This document shows, in pieces, positions 25,264 to 37,723 of a stretch of 64,000 nt of DNA (position 1 is its first letter; every line of letters starts with the position of its first letter). The notes beneath the pieces are model-generated. The model ran no database searches, was not told the origin of the DNA, and saw only the letters and a list, made by a program, of their open reading frames with translations. Source of the DNA: Selaginella moellendorffii (lineage: Eukaryota; Plantae; Lycopodiophyta); NCBI RefSeq assembly GCF_000143415.4, contig NW_003314337.1, forward strand, positions 217,053 through 281,052. The letters are read 5' to 3'. The position numbers and the translations under genes were made by a program.

Positions 25264-27366
25264 ATGCAGCGGAACATCAACCAGCAGGAGCAGGAGTTCG
25301 CGGCGGTTCTTCGATTTTGCAGCAAAACCAGGGATCTGTCTCGGGGAAAAGAGATTTACAGTCAAGTTCGGCGGAGTGGCGACTGTGCAGCGAGCAGCTA
25401 TCTCGCGAATTTGACAATCCAGATGTTTGGAAGATGCGGGAGCTTGCAAGAAGCAAGAGAGATTTTCGATCGCATGGGCTCTGCGAGGAATCGCTTCTCT
25501 TGGAACAACATGATCGCCGCTTATGCCCAAAACGGCTATGCGGATCAAGCAAACGAACTGTTTGACAAAATGGGAGACAAGAACATTGTAGCCTGGAACA
25601 CAATGATCCAGGCTTACAATCAGGTGAGAGATATTAAAAAAGCGAAAGAAGTGTTCGATGCAATGCCAGAAAAGAACGGAGTTTCATGGACTGCCATCCT
25701 TACGGCATATGCCCAATGCGGGCATTTGCTAAAAGCAAAGCTAATCTTTGACTCGATGCCTAGTAGGGACATCTTCCCCTGGAATTCAATGATCCAAGCG
25801 TACGGACAGAGAGGGCATCTCCAGGAATTTCGCGACCTTTATGAAAGAATGCCCGAGCACGACATTGTGACGTGGAATTGTATGCTTGACGTCTACACTA
25901 AGCATCGGCACCTCATTCAAGCCGACGCCATGTTCGACACCATGCTGGAGCGCAACGAGATCTCTTGGACGATCATGACCGTCGGCCACGCGCAAATCGG
26001 GCGGCTCCAGAACGCGAAAGCCATCTTCGAAAGGATGCCGGAATGGAATGTGGTGTCATGGACGGCCATGATCGCTGGATACGCTCAGAACGGGCACATG
26101 GCCGAGGCACGAGGGCTGTTCGATGCTATTCCGGAACGCAACGTCATCTCCTGGAACGCGTTCATCGACGGCTGGATCAACGCCGGAGATCTAGAGGAGG
26201 CCGAGCGCTTGTTTCGACGAATGCCAGGCTGGGACATGGCCACAATGGCGACAATGATCCGCGCCTACGATCTAAGCTCCAACCTTAAGTCCGCCGTATT
26301 GCTCTTTCACTTTGGTATGAGCGAGCACAATTTGATCTCTTGCACGGCGATGATCTCCACCTACGTCGCTTCTGGAGATCTTGGGGCCGCGATCACGGTC
26401 CTGGATGGAATGCACGAGACGAACCTCGTTGCTCTGGACGTGATCCTCCAGGGCTACGCCGCCACCGGCCAGCTCGAGGAGGCCAAGTATATGTTTGACA
26501 ATGTGATGCCGGAGCACGATACAATGTCGTGGAATGTTATGTTCCAGGGGTATGCCCGGCGAGGGCATATGGAGGAGGCCAAAGCTCTGTACGAGAGAAT
26601 GCCCGAGAAAGACCTCGTTTCGTCCACCTCCATGCTCCAAGCTCTCGGCGAAAACGCATGCTTGCAAGAGGCAAAGCACGTCTTCGACGCTACTCCTCAC
26701 TGTGATATCGTGCTGTGCAATGCGCTTCTCCAGGCCTTCGCGCAGCACGGCTATCTTCCAAACGCCAAAGCTCTCTTTGATTCCATGGCAGAGAGAGACG
26801 TTGTTTCATGGACCACCATCGTCGGAGCCTATGCCCGGAGCGGGCATACGACCAAAGCCAAGCGGATGTTTGCTGCCATACCCGGGAAGAAAGATCTCAT
26901 CGCCTGGAACACACTGATCACGGCCTTGTCACAGTGTCAGGATCACGGAGGAGACACCATTGATGTCTTCACGAGGATGCTCCTCGAGGCGTTTGATCCC
27001 GACCATTCAGCGTTTGTGAGCGTTCTCGGTGCTTGCGGCCAGCTCGGGCTGTTTGAGCAGGGATGGAACTATTTTCGAAACATGGCCGACGATCATCGTG
27101 TCCGAGCATTGGGAGCGCATTACTGCTGCCTTGTGGATCTTTGTGCTCGATCGGGTCAGCTAGCCGAGGCCGAGGATCTCATCTCAAGCATGCCTTACGT
27201 CCCAGATGGAGTCACTTGGATGGCGTTTCTCGCTGCTTGTAGGCTCCAAGAGGATTCACAACGAGCAACAGCGGCTGCTTGCAGTGCCTCCACCCTCGGC
27301 AGCACCATGTCGTCACCGTATGCTCTCCTGTCCAGCACCTACGTCTTGACGTCTAAGCCCAGCTAG
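25264..27366 (+). CDS. PLS-class pentatricopeptide repeat protein (short-motif rich, E-type end, no DYW)
   Basis: 700-aa ORF with ~31-aa repeats (SWxxMIxxYAQxG..A..FD.MPExN) and C-terminal HYCCLVDLCARSG..MPYVPD..W..L.AC; a possible in-frame upstream exon 25181-25210 via a 50-nt GT-AG intron. Confidence 0.93.
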   Translation: MQRNINQQEQEFAAVLRFCSKTRDLSRGKEIYSQVRRSGDCAASSYLANLTIQMFGRCGSLQEAREIFDRMGSARNRFSWNNMIAAYAQNGYADQANELFDKMGDKNIVAWNTMIQAYNQVRDIKKAKEVFDAMPEKNGVSWTAILTAYAQCGHLLKAKLIFDSMPSRDIFPWNSMIQAYGQRGHLQEFRDLYERMPEHDIVTWNCMLDVYTKHRHLIQADAMFDTMLERNEISWTIMTVGHAQIGRLQNAKAIFERMPEWNVVSWTAMIAGYAQNGHMAEARGLFDAIPERNVISWNAFIDGWINAGDLEEAERLFRRMPGWDMATMATMIRAYDLSSNLKSAVLLFHFGMSEHNLISCTAMISTYVASGDLGAAITVLDGMHETNLVALDVILQGYAATGQLEEAKYMFDNVMPEHDTMSWNVMFQGYARRGHMEEAKALYERMPEKDLVSSTSMLQALGENACLQEAKHVFDATPHCDIVLCNALLQAFAQHGYLPNAKALFDSMAERDVVSWTTIVGAYARSGHTTKAKRMFAAIPGKKDLIAWNTLITALSQCQDHGGDTIDVFTRMLLEAFDPDHSAFVSVLGACGQLGLFEQGWNYFRNMADDHRVRALGAHYCCLVDLCARSGQLAEAEDLISSMPYVPDGVTWMAFLAACRLQEDSQRATAAACSASTLGSTMSSPYALLSSTYVLTSKPS

Positions 27367-28719
27367 GCCATAGAGCTAAGCCATAGAGTATTTTTAAAAT
27401 ATTCTTGTGGTTTGTGTTCCAAAAACACCTCAGGTAACCGTAACTGCTAGATGATAGTGGAGATTTTGCAATAGCATCTGGGACAAATGGCTAACAGAAA
27501 CACTATTTTACTAATAGCTTGCTAAAACCCTTTTTTAATTTTAAAAAATAATTGTCTTTTAAATATTTGGTAGAACTTCATTCATCTGGAGTAGTTTGTT
27601 TTTAGCATCATGATTCACAAAATCATGAATTTTACACTCATGTAAAATTTCATTGAAAATTTCTTTAAAGTTATATAAAACATTTCTGTTTTTATAATGT
27701 GTTTTTATTCTATATGAATATCAAATAAATTACACAAAAAAGAGAAATAAAATTATTTTAAATTCATTCTTTATACCAAAAAAAAATATTAGTGAATTTG
27801 ATTGTTGAGGCAAAGTTTTTCTTGTAAACTTTGTTATTACTGTAATATAACAATTTATACTTTAATAATTAGTTTTTGTCCAATGTAATATGTATGATAT
27901 CATTCTTTGTGCTGGCTTTTTTCCTTTATTGTAAAATAAATAAATAATAAAACAATAATATCATATATAATGGAACACTTTGTAAAAAAAATTATACTTA
28001 AATTTCTTTCACAAAAATAAAAAATAAAATTCAAAGATCACTAAAAATCAGGAGTTAACTTACACAATTTTTGTAAAATAACACTCAATTAGATCAGTTT
28101 TTAGAGGGCTGTGAATTTTTTAAAATAAAATATTAAAAATAAAATTAAAATAAATAAAATCAAGAAGAGTCTAAAGTATAACTACTGAAAGTAAAAATGA
28201 AATTTTAAAAATATTTTTGTATTAAATAATGTTGCAATTAATTAATTTTTATGAAAGTACCTAGAATATCCAAGTATATTCTAGAATACTCCTCAATCCA
28301 ACGGTTAAGATTTTCCGCTATTATACTTTTCTCTTCATTTTTAATTAAGGTTTAATGCTATTTTTCTTAATACAGAGCAAAATAAATACTCTGAGTTCCA
28401 TGGGGATAGCACAAAAGCGTATTACCATGGCTCTTCAAAATATTAATGAACATCCGCCTCTTTCACATCCCTCAAGTAGCTAAGAAAGCAGCCTCTTTCC
28501 TAGTAAATCATAAATTCGTTTGTTGCCCAACCCTGGGATAAAAACTGTGACAAAGCTTACCATGTGACTTTAAAAGTTGTTAGGAGATTGAATAGCTTAA
28601 ACGAACATATAAGGCTCGTTGCAATTGTAAGACTTGGTCCACCTTAAAAGTTGACAAATGCCTTGGTCCAAAATAAATAGCAAATGGGACGACTCATATG
28701 AAGCTTTGCACTGAAGTAG

Positions 28720-29030
28720 AACGGACTGGCACCAAGAACTTGCAAGCAAGCTTGGTTTGCTCCAGTCACATTCCTTTGATCCCAATCCATTCACAAACCG
28801 AATATTTTTCAAGTAATTAACACTGGAAAGACTCCTTTTGACACCATGCACTTAGCTTGCACTCGCTAAGCGTATACCAGAAGACCTCCCTTGTGGTGTA
28901 GACCATCGAATTCCATGAAACGACGCTCTTTTCTTGCATCGAGTCGAAGATCTGGCAAGCTGTCGCGAGAGAATTGATTGGGCTGCTTGATCTGATTAAA
29001 AACTAGGCATGCTTTGGACAATCTCCCACT
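28720..29030. pseudogene. Rearranged relic of the 55417-57432 PPR gene
   Basis: 28720-28870 is the reverse complement of ~57410-57557 (5' end); ~28900-29030 is a direct, deleted match to ~57083-57250. Confidence 0.8.
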
Positions 29031-31723
29031 GTGTGCTTGGTGTGGCGGAAATGCAACCTTTGTGCATAGACTCGACAATGCTCCAGGTGGTGAGGATACA
29101 CGATGATAGGAGTTTGCACATCGACAACAGCCCGAGATACGGTGTCTCTCATCACAAGCATTTGAGCGTGTAGAAGTCCTTTAACATTTGGTATCGGATC
29201 TGGAAATAGTGATCGCTTGGTTTTGTTTTGGTCCAAGGTGAATGCTGTAATCTCAATGGTAATGATCATTCAGCTTCTCAAAGACAACCTCTAGATTTTT
29301 TAACAAATATCCTGTTCCATTCAAGTACTGCAGTGAGGAGGTAATGCAAACTTTTTTCTCTATATGGAAGGTGGATATAATTTGCCTTTTGCCTTAGGTG
29401 GCAAATACATGACACAATATGCTCTTTAGGTGCTTCATCAGCACTCTGACACACGCAGTATGCAGTACACACACATGATCTGCTCTGATATGTTGGGGAC
29501 ATGTTGGACTGGCTACATTAGGTCTGTGTGATCTTGCTGAGAGCTTGAACCACCTAATGCATAAGAGCCCAAGCTGGTGAAGCCATCTAGATATCATCAT
29601 CATTAATATATATCATTATGATGAAGATGATGTATTGTTTACCCTCTATTGCAGTGAGACCAACAAATCTAGAAGTGCTATTTTGAAGAAGATATCAAAG
29701 CACTGGACTTGTTAAGCTGATTTTTTATAATCATAGTTTATCTCCAAACCCAGCTATATTTCCAATTATTTAAATATTTAAAATAAGAAAAAATTCATAA
29801 TCAAATGTTATTAAATAAGATAGTAAGAAACAAATCTTTTACCTTTTGTCTACTTGCCTTTTGAGGAACAAAGTGAAAGTTTATTGAGTTCTGGAAACAC
29901 AGTCAAAAATATTGATTATCATTATTATCATTTTGTAATATAATTTACAAATTCAATTTAGTTTAAAAAATATAAAAATTATTTAAGTAGAATATAATAA
30001 TAAATAGTTATTACTATATATCCTATGAAACATGATTAAGTTTAGATGCTATAACAAGAAAATTTCAAAACACAAGTGAAAAAGTAAAACACTTAAATAG
30101 TATTTAAAAAGCTATAATAAAGTAATTAAATTAAATTATATCATTAATTACTATATAGTACCTAAATTAGAATCAATATTCTCCAAATAAAAATAAATAT
30201 CTTTTCAAATACTTTCAACAGTTATAATTGCTTACTTACTAAACGATAAATTTATTTTGTAAAATTATTTGATTTTTTTCTCGGTTATATGCATTATTAC
30301 TTATAAGATAATAAAATAGAAAAATTTAAGTAAACCTTCTTGAAACTTTTTTTAAAGATTAAGTAAATTAAGATAATTATAAAGAATAATTAATTTTTTA
30401 AATGCAACACACAACTATCATCATTTTTCTTAGTTTAGAACATTAATTATTATTAATTATTTTTGTTGAAGAGATATTATATTTTACTTTGATAAGAGGA
30501 ATTTAACAGTTAAATTTAGAAAAATAATGGCAATTAGAGTTTTATGAGGAATATCTATGATTACTAAGTAAAAATCACATACAAATCTATTAATTACTCT
30601 TTGTGATTCATATAAATATGTGTGATAAACCTTTTTCTTGCTGTAATAAATTTAAGTTTTCAAAAATTATAAATTTTTATTTTATAATTAAATTTTAATA
30701 AAGTATTTTATTTATTTATTAAATTTGTTTTTGCTTAAGAAAACCTGTGGGGGACTGCAGTGGTAGTGGATTTCTAAAATATACTTGGATATTCTAAAAT
30801 ATTCTACTATCTAACTGTATTTATGATTTATAAACATTTTTTATAATTTATAAACTTTCCTAAACTCTTCCTAATATATTTTAGTTTATTCTACCATTTA
30901 ATGGTTGATAAGAAATAAGATTAATCTTGTGTTTATAAACTATTAATATATTTTTAATTATAATTATTCATTAGATTAAAAAGATTAATAAATAGGAATA
31001 ACACACAAACTAAGCACTAGTACATGCAATACACAGTAAATTATTTCTTTAAATAAATTATTATATTTAATATAATATTTTTTAGTAATAATTTAGAATC
31101 CTCTTTAGAATTAAGGTGCTCTTAGAGTTTAAACTAAAAAACAGAGGGTACTACTGTTTTATAGTTTTATGTTTACTCTACTTGTACAATAAGGTTATTA
31201 AACCTAAATTTTTATCTATTTATAATTTAAAATATTAATAAAGCTCACTACTTATTTACATATATAACTTTAACAAGAAACACACAACAAATAATTAATA
31301 TGAATAAAATACTAGAGATTTTTCTTTCAAAAGACTTCTTTATATGGATCAAAGAAAGTTTCACAAATAAATAGGTATTCTTATTTAGCTTTAGTCTTAT
31401 CCAATTGCTCTTCTACACTTACATTCATTGGTGAAGAATTTGGCACAGACTTTGAACTTGAAGGCTTTCACAAGCCTAATGTTGAATACTATTTTGCTCT
31501 AACACACTATCCATAGATTGAATTACCTCAAGTGCCTAATGAAAATAATATATTATAAAATTGAAATTGTTTAAGTAGTGGGGAGCCAAGACATTAAGCA
31601 ATTTGTCAAATGTTAGCAAAATCCAAAATAAAGTGTGAGGAAATGCTTGCTAAAGAGCAAATACTAAACCTCAATCTATGGTGATAAATGTACTTATGTT
31701 CCTACCCCTATATTCTACCAAGA

Positions 31724-34492
31724 TGTAAGCCATAATTTTTTCTTTTTCAATTTGCTAACTTACTTTGTTTAGCTGACCACCACTACCTTAATATTAATTA
31801 AATTTCTTTACTAAAGTTCCTGTTTATTGTACCAGCTCCTACATGGTCCTACTTGATCCTACTTGGTTTCACTGGACCTCGAACTTGGTCTCAACCTTGG
31901 ACTTAGTCTCTGACCTGATCTCAAATCTCGTACATAGTCTTGAATTTGGTCTTGGACTCGGTTTTGGACTTAATCTCGAAGTCAGTCTCAGACTCGATCT
32001 CGGACTCAATCTTGGACTCGATCTCAGACTCAATCTTGGACTTGATCTTGGACTTGGTCTCAGACTTGCCCTTGGACTTAGTCTTTGACCTAATCTTGGA
32101 TCTTGGATTCAGTTTGGAACTTAGTCTTGGACTCAATCATGAAGTTAGTCTTGAAGTCAGTATCAAACTCAGTCTTGGACTTGGTCTCAAACTTGGTCTT
32201 GGAGTCAGTCTTGAATTCAATTTTGAACTCGGTTTCATCCAGTAAACTCTTTATCATTTTGATTATGATTTCAAGGATCCTTTAGCCTATGACATCTTGG
32301 GAGTTAGTTCCTTACAATTCTACCACCCATAAAAAAAGTTCAATACCCATATCAAATGTCTCTTTTTAGTCCTAAATTTGTTGACCATGTCTACAGGGGC
32401 ATTCCCCCACTTAGTAGTGTGTATAAGTTAGCCTCCCCAACTAAGAGCCCATGACTAAAGGATATAGGTGTCCTTATACCCTTTACCATGCTCTAGTATA
32501 GGGTTGGGATTTTAACTCAACCTTATTTAGCTAAAGGTTAGGACTCGAACCCAACTTCCGTAGAATTTTTTTATAGATTTGACATCCCTACGAAGAGTTA
32601 GGAGTAGCTCCCTATACCTAGTTATCTTAGCTAACTTAGGCTAATTAGCTTACTTTCAACATGCCTTTGGGTCCCAACACATGATATTGCTCAATTTCAC
32701 AAGTGGATACTTTAATTGAACTTTGCATAAGTATATAGAGTTTTATCTTGCAAAAAATCCTTTACTAGATCTCATATGTTTGCTAAATTTTCCTTTAGTT
32801 CCCATGTTACTTCACAATGTAGAAATCTTTTCCACTTCACATAGAACTCCCTCACCTTATATCCTTGTCATTTGCTTTTGCACTCATTAAGGATGGCCTC
32901 AACTTTGTATTCCTCTTTCTCTTGGATAATTTTGGGTAAAAGGTTTTACTTGGTCTTTGCAAAATAGATCCTCAAAGTACAACTTGAGTAAGTTCACGTG
33001 AAACACATGGTGCATCTTCCCCATCTCTCGAAGAAGTTAGAAGTGATAAACCATTTTTACCAATTTGAGCCTCAATCTAATAAGGCCTTGTTAACTTGCT
33101 TAAGGAACTCAAGATTAGTTCATTTCCAGAAATACATGCATTTTACTTTTGGGTCAACTTCCGACTAATCCCACTTGGTAACTTTAGGTTCTTGGTGTTC
33201 AACCATACCTTGTCCCTAGGTTGGAACTTCTGGTTTGCATATTTAGTATTTAGCTTATTCCAAAGAATCCCTCACTAGATTCCAAATGTTAAGTTTTTCT
33301 GCCATGAACATCTCTATTGCAGGTAACTTTCCATGATACTCAACTACACTGAATTTTATAAGACTTTCAATAGTTCACCCATTTATGACTTCCCATGGAC
33401 TCACCTCGATACTCAAATGTTGTGAGTTGTTATAGCACATTTTCACAAGTCTGAAATAACTTACCCAATCAATTTAGTCTCTAAAGACATAACATCACAA
33501 ATAATCTTTCAGCTACCTATTCACCCTTTTTGTTTATCCATTTGTTAAGAAGAGTTATTGCCATTAAATTTAATTTAATACTCAATACCTATCTGTGGGT
33601 GATAGGTTGTGTTGAATTTCAACTTGGTGTGATACTGTTCCAAGAGAGTTCTTTAGAACCTACTAGTAAAAATCTTATCTCGATCTAAAATAATCTCTTC
33701 TAGCCTTTATTGCACTCGAACCACTTGTTCAAAGAACAACTTCACCACATCTTCTGGATCCATTTCTATTGTGGTGGGTATGAAATGTGCTATCTTCAAA
33801 AACCAATCCGTCACTACAAATATGGCATTAAACCCCTTGCTTGGGGGGAGTCCCATGATGAAGTCCATTATAAGACATTTCCACAAACAATTTAGAATTG
33901 TGAGGCTTTGTAACAAGCCCCACTAGCCTTAGTCATGGTTTTGACCTGCTGAAATGTTGAACATATTTTTACATAGTTTTGGACGTCTTTAGTCATGTTT
34001 GGCTATTGATATTTTCTCTTGAATAAGTGTATTGTTTTGGGCACTCCACTGTGTCCTACATGAGGTCCATCATGACACTCTTCTAAGACTACCTTCCTTA
34101 ATTCCCCTTAAGAAACATACACCCTCATTTGTTTATAATATATGAGTCTATTATATTCTGCATAACTTGTCCTCTTTTCTATAGTTGGCTTGCCTTTTGG
34201 TGAGCATTCCATGCCTCTTGGCTCTTTAACAACACTTTTTGTGTTAAATCATCGTTCTTATATGTTGTTTGCACATCATCCCAAAAGGTTGTTGTCGCAT
34301 TGAATATTGCGAACTTTAAACTTGCTTTTCGACTTAAAGCATTACTTTTCCTAGGTTTATACAGAATCTCGCAATTGAATTCGGCCAAAGCATTGGCCTA
34401 CTGACTCTATTTTGTTTACAAGTTAGGCTGTGAAAAAAAGTGTTTTATTGTCACATAATCCATGTAAACATTGAAGTGCCTCCTAATACAGT
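31724..34492 (-). mobile_element. Family D Ty3/gypsy element, 5'-truncated (3' LTR plus decayed RNase H end and integrase)
   Basis: LTR 31724-32316 has the same ends as 42342-43435; MDFIMGLPPSKGFNAIFVVTD..AHFIP and AEFNCEILYKP..NALSR fragments. Confidence 0.8.
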
Positions 34493-35722
34493 TGTAAGTG
34501 ACTAATTTTTTCATTCTACTTTAGTCACTTAACCACACCTCCAACCACTCGAAAGAGTCTCACTCACAACCTTTATAAGTCTTATTTCAGACTTGAGGCT
34601 TGCTAGCTTTGAGAATGGCATCTTTGCCACTCAACTTTTACACTTAGTCCATGTGCTCCATATGTCCAATCCCAAGATCGACACCCAAAGGTACCACCAA
34701 CATATTAGCCCGTTATGCTAAGGCCATGTCCATTCATCTTTGCCACACTAGTGATCCAACATCACTTGCATCACAATCCCGTCTCTCAAACATTGGGCAA
34801 TTTGTCTATGAGTGGTCATCCCCAATCCATTCCTTAGCATCCTTAGATTGCCTATGGATATCGGGAACAACCTTCCCTAATATCCCTTTTTCAGTCCCCA
34901 CTAAATCCCTTTTTGTCCATAGTCATGTTTGCTTACACTACCATTAGGTCAAGGCCCACAGGCCTGACCACCAAGTTCTATTGTCCTTTGGGACTTCCAC
35001 ACCATGACTCTAACCTTGGTAACAACATTAGAGGATTGCCCCTCTTCCTTTCTACAGTCAAGGATTTTAGGACAACATTTTGGAACACCATAACCCTACA
35101 CGAGCCTCATAGGTGCTCTCCCCACCTTCTACCTTTGGGTGCTCTAGCCATGGGTTTAAAGCAAGGTTCTGTTGAGCCACGCTAGGTATCCAAGTAGGTA
35201 GTGCCACCCACGTTTGGACTGGGAGCATTGACCATTCAATCTTTTAGGGGAATTAGAGCCGGCTCTTGAACACTTCACCAAGCTACCCCACTTGTCAATA
35301 CATATTCACTCTAGCCTTGGACTTCCCAGTGGTTTGAACTCGAACTTGGACTTAGTCTTGGACTTAGTCTTGATCTCGGTCTTAGTTCCATCTCGGGTCC
35401 ATCTTGGACTCCATCTCAGGTCCATCTCAGACTCCATCTCAAATCCTTCTCGGACTCCATCTTAGGTCCATCTCAGATCCATCTTGGACTCCATCTTGGG
35501 TCCATCTCGGACTCCATCTCAGACTCCATCTTAGACTCCATCTTGGGTCCATCTCTGGTCCATCTCAGGTCCATCTTGGACTCCTTCCATGTGTCATGTG
35601 TTGGTCCTTTTGTATCCCTTTTTTAGAAACTCATTTATTGCTTGTTTTGTGCTCGTTTCTTGAGCACTTCGTTGGGAGTTTCACTCCTGCTCTCGACCTT
35701 TTGAGTCAGAGCTTTTAGTCCA
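34493..35722 (-). mobile_element. Family B LTR, reverse orientation, missing ~95 bp of its 5' end
   Basis: Reverse complement of ~58921-60610 with internal deletions and a decayed repeat array at ~35335-35582. Confidence 0.85.
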
Positions 35723-37070
35723 TCTTGTTGACTATCCTTTTGGATATTCTTTCCTTATTACCACAATGGCAAGAAGTTGGAATTGTTGGACCCTTTATCA
35801 GTCCCTCTTGTGCTAATGGAGTTAACTAGGCATTTTGAGTGTACTTAAACCGGACAAATATAAGGACAGAATTTCTACATGCTATTAGCTAAGCATACTT
35901 AGCTTAGTAATGAGTTCCTATCTCATTGTGTCTTGCACTGGCTAGTGACAAGAACTCTGCATATTAAGACTAGTTTCTAAATATGGCTAGATGATACCTT
36001 ACCGTGTCTATCAAAACACCCTGCTATCATTTATGTTAGTCTCATTCGGTTTTAATTGCTATTTATGAAAAGTGTCTAGATTTGCTAATTTGGCATATTT
36101 ATGGAATGTAAAGATTGTCTTGAACACAATGGTATTAATCCCATGTCTAAATTCACAATTTAACACTATTCCATATTTAGTTTCAAGCTTGTCCTAGCCT
36201 GGTACTAAGGGTGGCTAAGGGTGAAAGCCCAAAGCATATGTTCCTTAATGGGTAATACAACCCTAGCATAAAGGTGCATCCAAGTAAGGTAGCATCTAGG
36301 GGCGGCACATTCGGGGGAGCCAGATCTGCAGCAGTAAGGTGCGGGGGAGGTTTCAGCTGAATAACAACCATAGGGGGGATATTAGGGATTTCAAATGTAT
36401 AGTAAGGATAGTGGGTAGGTCAGGCATGGCCGACTAACCTAAGGCCTTATCTAGCTCTCATTTGCATGCCTGTCTTTGTTTTACATCTAACTTGGGTTTA
36501 AGCCCAAGTTCCATATTATGCTAGCTAGTGGAGTATCCATATCCTCGTGTTAGGCCACTAGTATGCTGAAATAGCGCCAGACTCTATTTAACTCCATTTT
36601 GCATGTTGGTCCTGGCATTGAGATGCTGAATGCTCTAGGATTGTTCCAAGTCACTCCGTGCTCATGTCCCTTCATTTCTTGGGTTGTACGCTCAGGAGTT
36701 GTTCTGTGCTCTAGTGCTGCCACTTCTTGGCTCCATGCTTAGGAGTTTGGCTTCATTTAGTGGCCCAAGGCTTTAAAACTTGGGTTCCATACCATTATCT
36801 TTGGACATGTCACATGGCACATAGATGGTTTAGGTTCCACTGTGGTTATCCTATAGTAAATCACCATAGGATAAAGGGTGAAAACCATGTGTGTTACATT
36901 TGGTATTAGAGGATGAGTCTCAGGGAGTACTATCAAATGAGATTGTGCAATTAGTCTCGTTGCATACGCAGAGATGAAAATGATGATTCGAGTGGATAAA
37001 TGTTTTGGTGTTAAGACTTTGCATTTGTTCCTTGAGTATAAATTTTGGTTACCTTTTTGTACTATATTAA

Positions 37071-37265
37071 TGTAAGCTCCTGAGTTTAGAGTTCCCAGAA
37101 AATCACCCAGCCTAGTATTATTCAAACCCAAGGACACTTAATCCCAAATATTTCAAAACCTTTAATCAATTGGAAAAAGGGGTGCACTTTTGTTTATAGG
37201 TCCTTTCCTTTTATATTTGGACCCTTATGGATTGTCTCTCAAGTTGTTTCTTTTAGTTGCTTACA
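37071..37265. mobile_element. 195-bp solo LTR (TRIM-sized)
   Basis: TGTAAGC...GCTTACA termini; TSD attaa/attat; absent at the homologous site near 10890. Confidence 0.75.
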
Positions 37266-37723
37266 ATTATACAAGCTTGCTCTTGAGCTTATAGGATGGA
37301 TTGAGATGTTTTGTATACACGAGTTTGTGCTTAGGCTTATAAGTGAGGCACATTAGCAACTCAAGGATATGCTTGAGTTGGTAAGATTAATNNNNNNNNN
37401 NNNNNNNNNNNNNNNNNNNNNNNNNNNNNNNNNNNNNNNNNNNNNNNNNNNNNNNNNNNNNNNNNNNNNNNNNNNNNNNNNNNNNNNNNNNNNNNNNNNN
37501 NNNNNNNNNNNNNNNNNNNNNNNNNNNNNNNNNNNNNNNNNNNNNNNNNNNNNNNNNNNNNNNNNNNNNNNNNNNNNNNNNNNNNNNNNNNNNNNNNNNN
37601 NNNNNNNNNNNNNNNNNNNNNNNNNNNNNNNNNNNNNNNNNNNNNNNNNNNNNTCAAACGATCAACCTTTAGTCAGTTGGCTTAGGGTGTAAGGGATAGG
37701 ATCCTAACATTGGTATCGGAGCC

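Noticed and set aside
27400-28250. Very AT-rich tract (also ~29700-31400)
   Set aside because: Low-complexity intergenic DNA with no definable element
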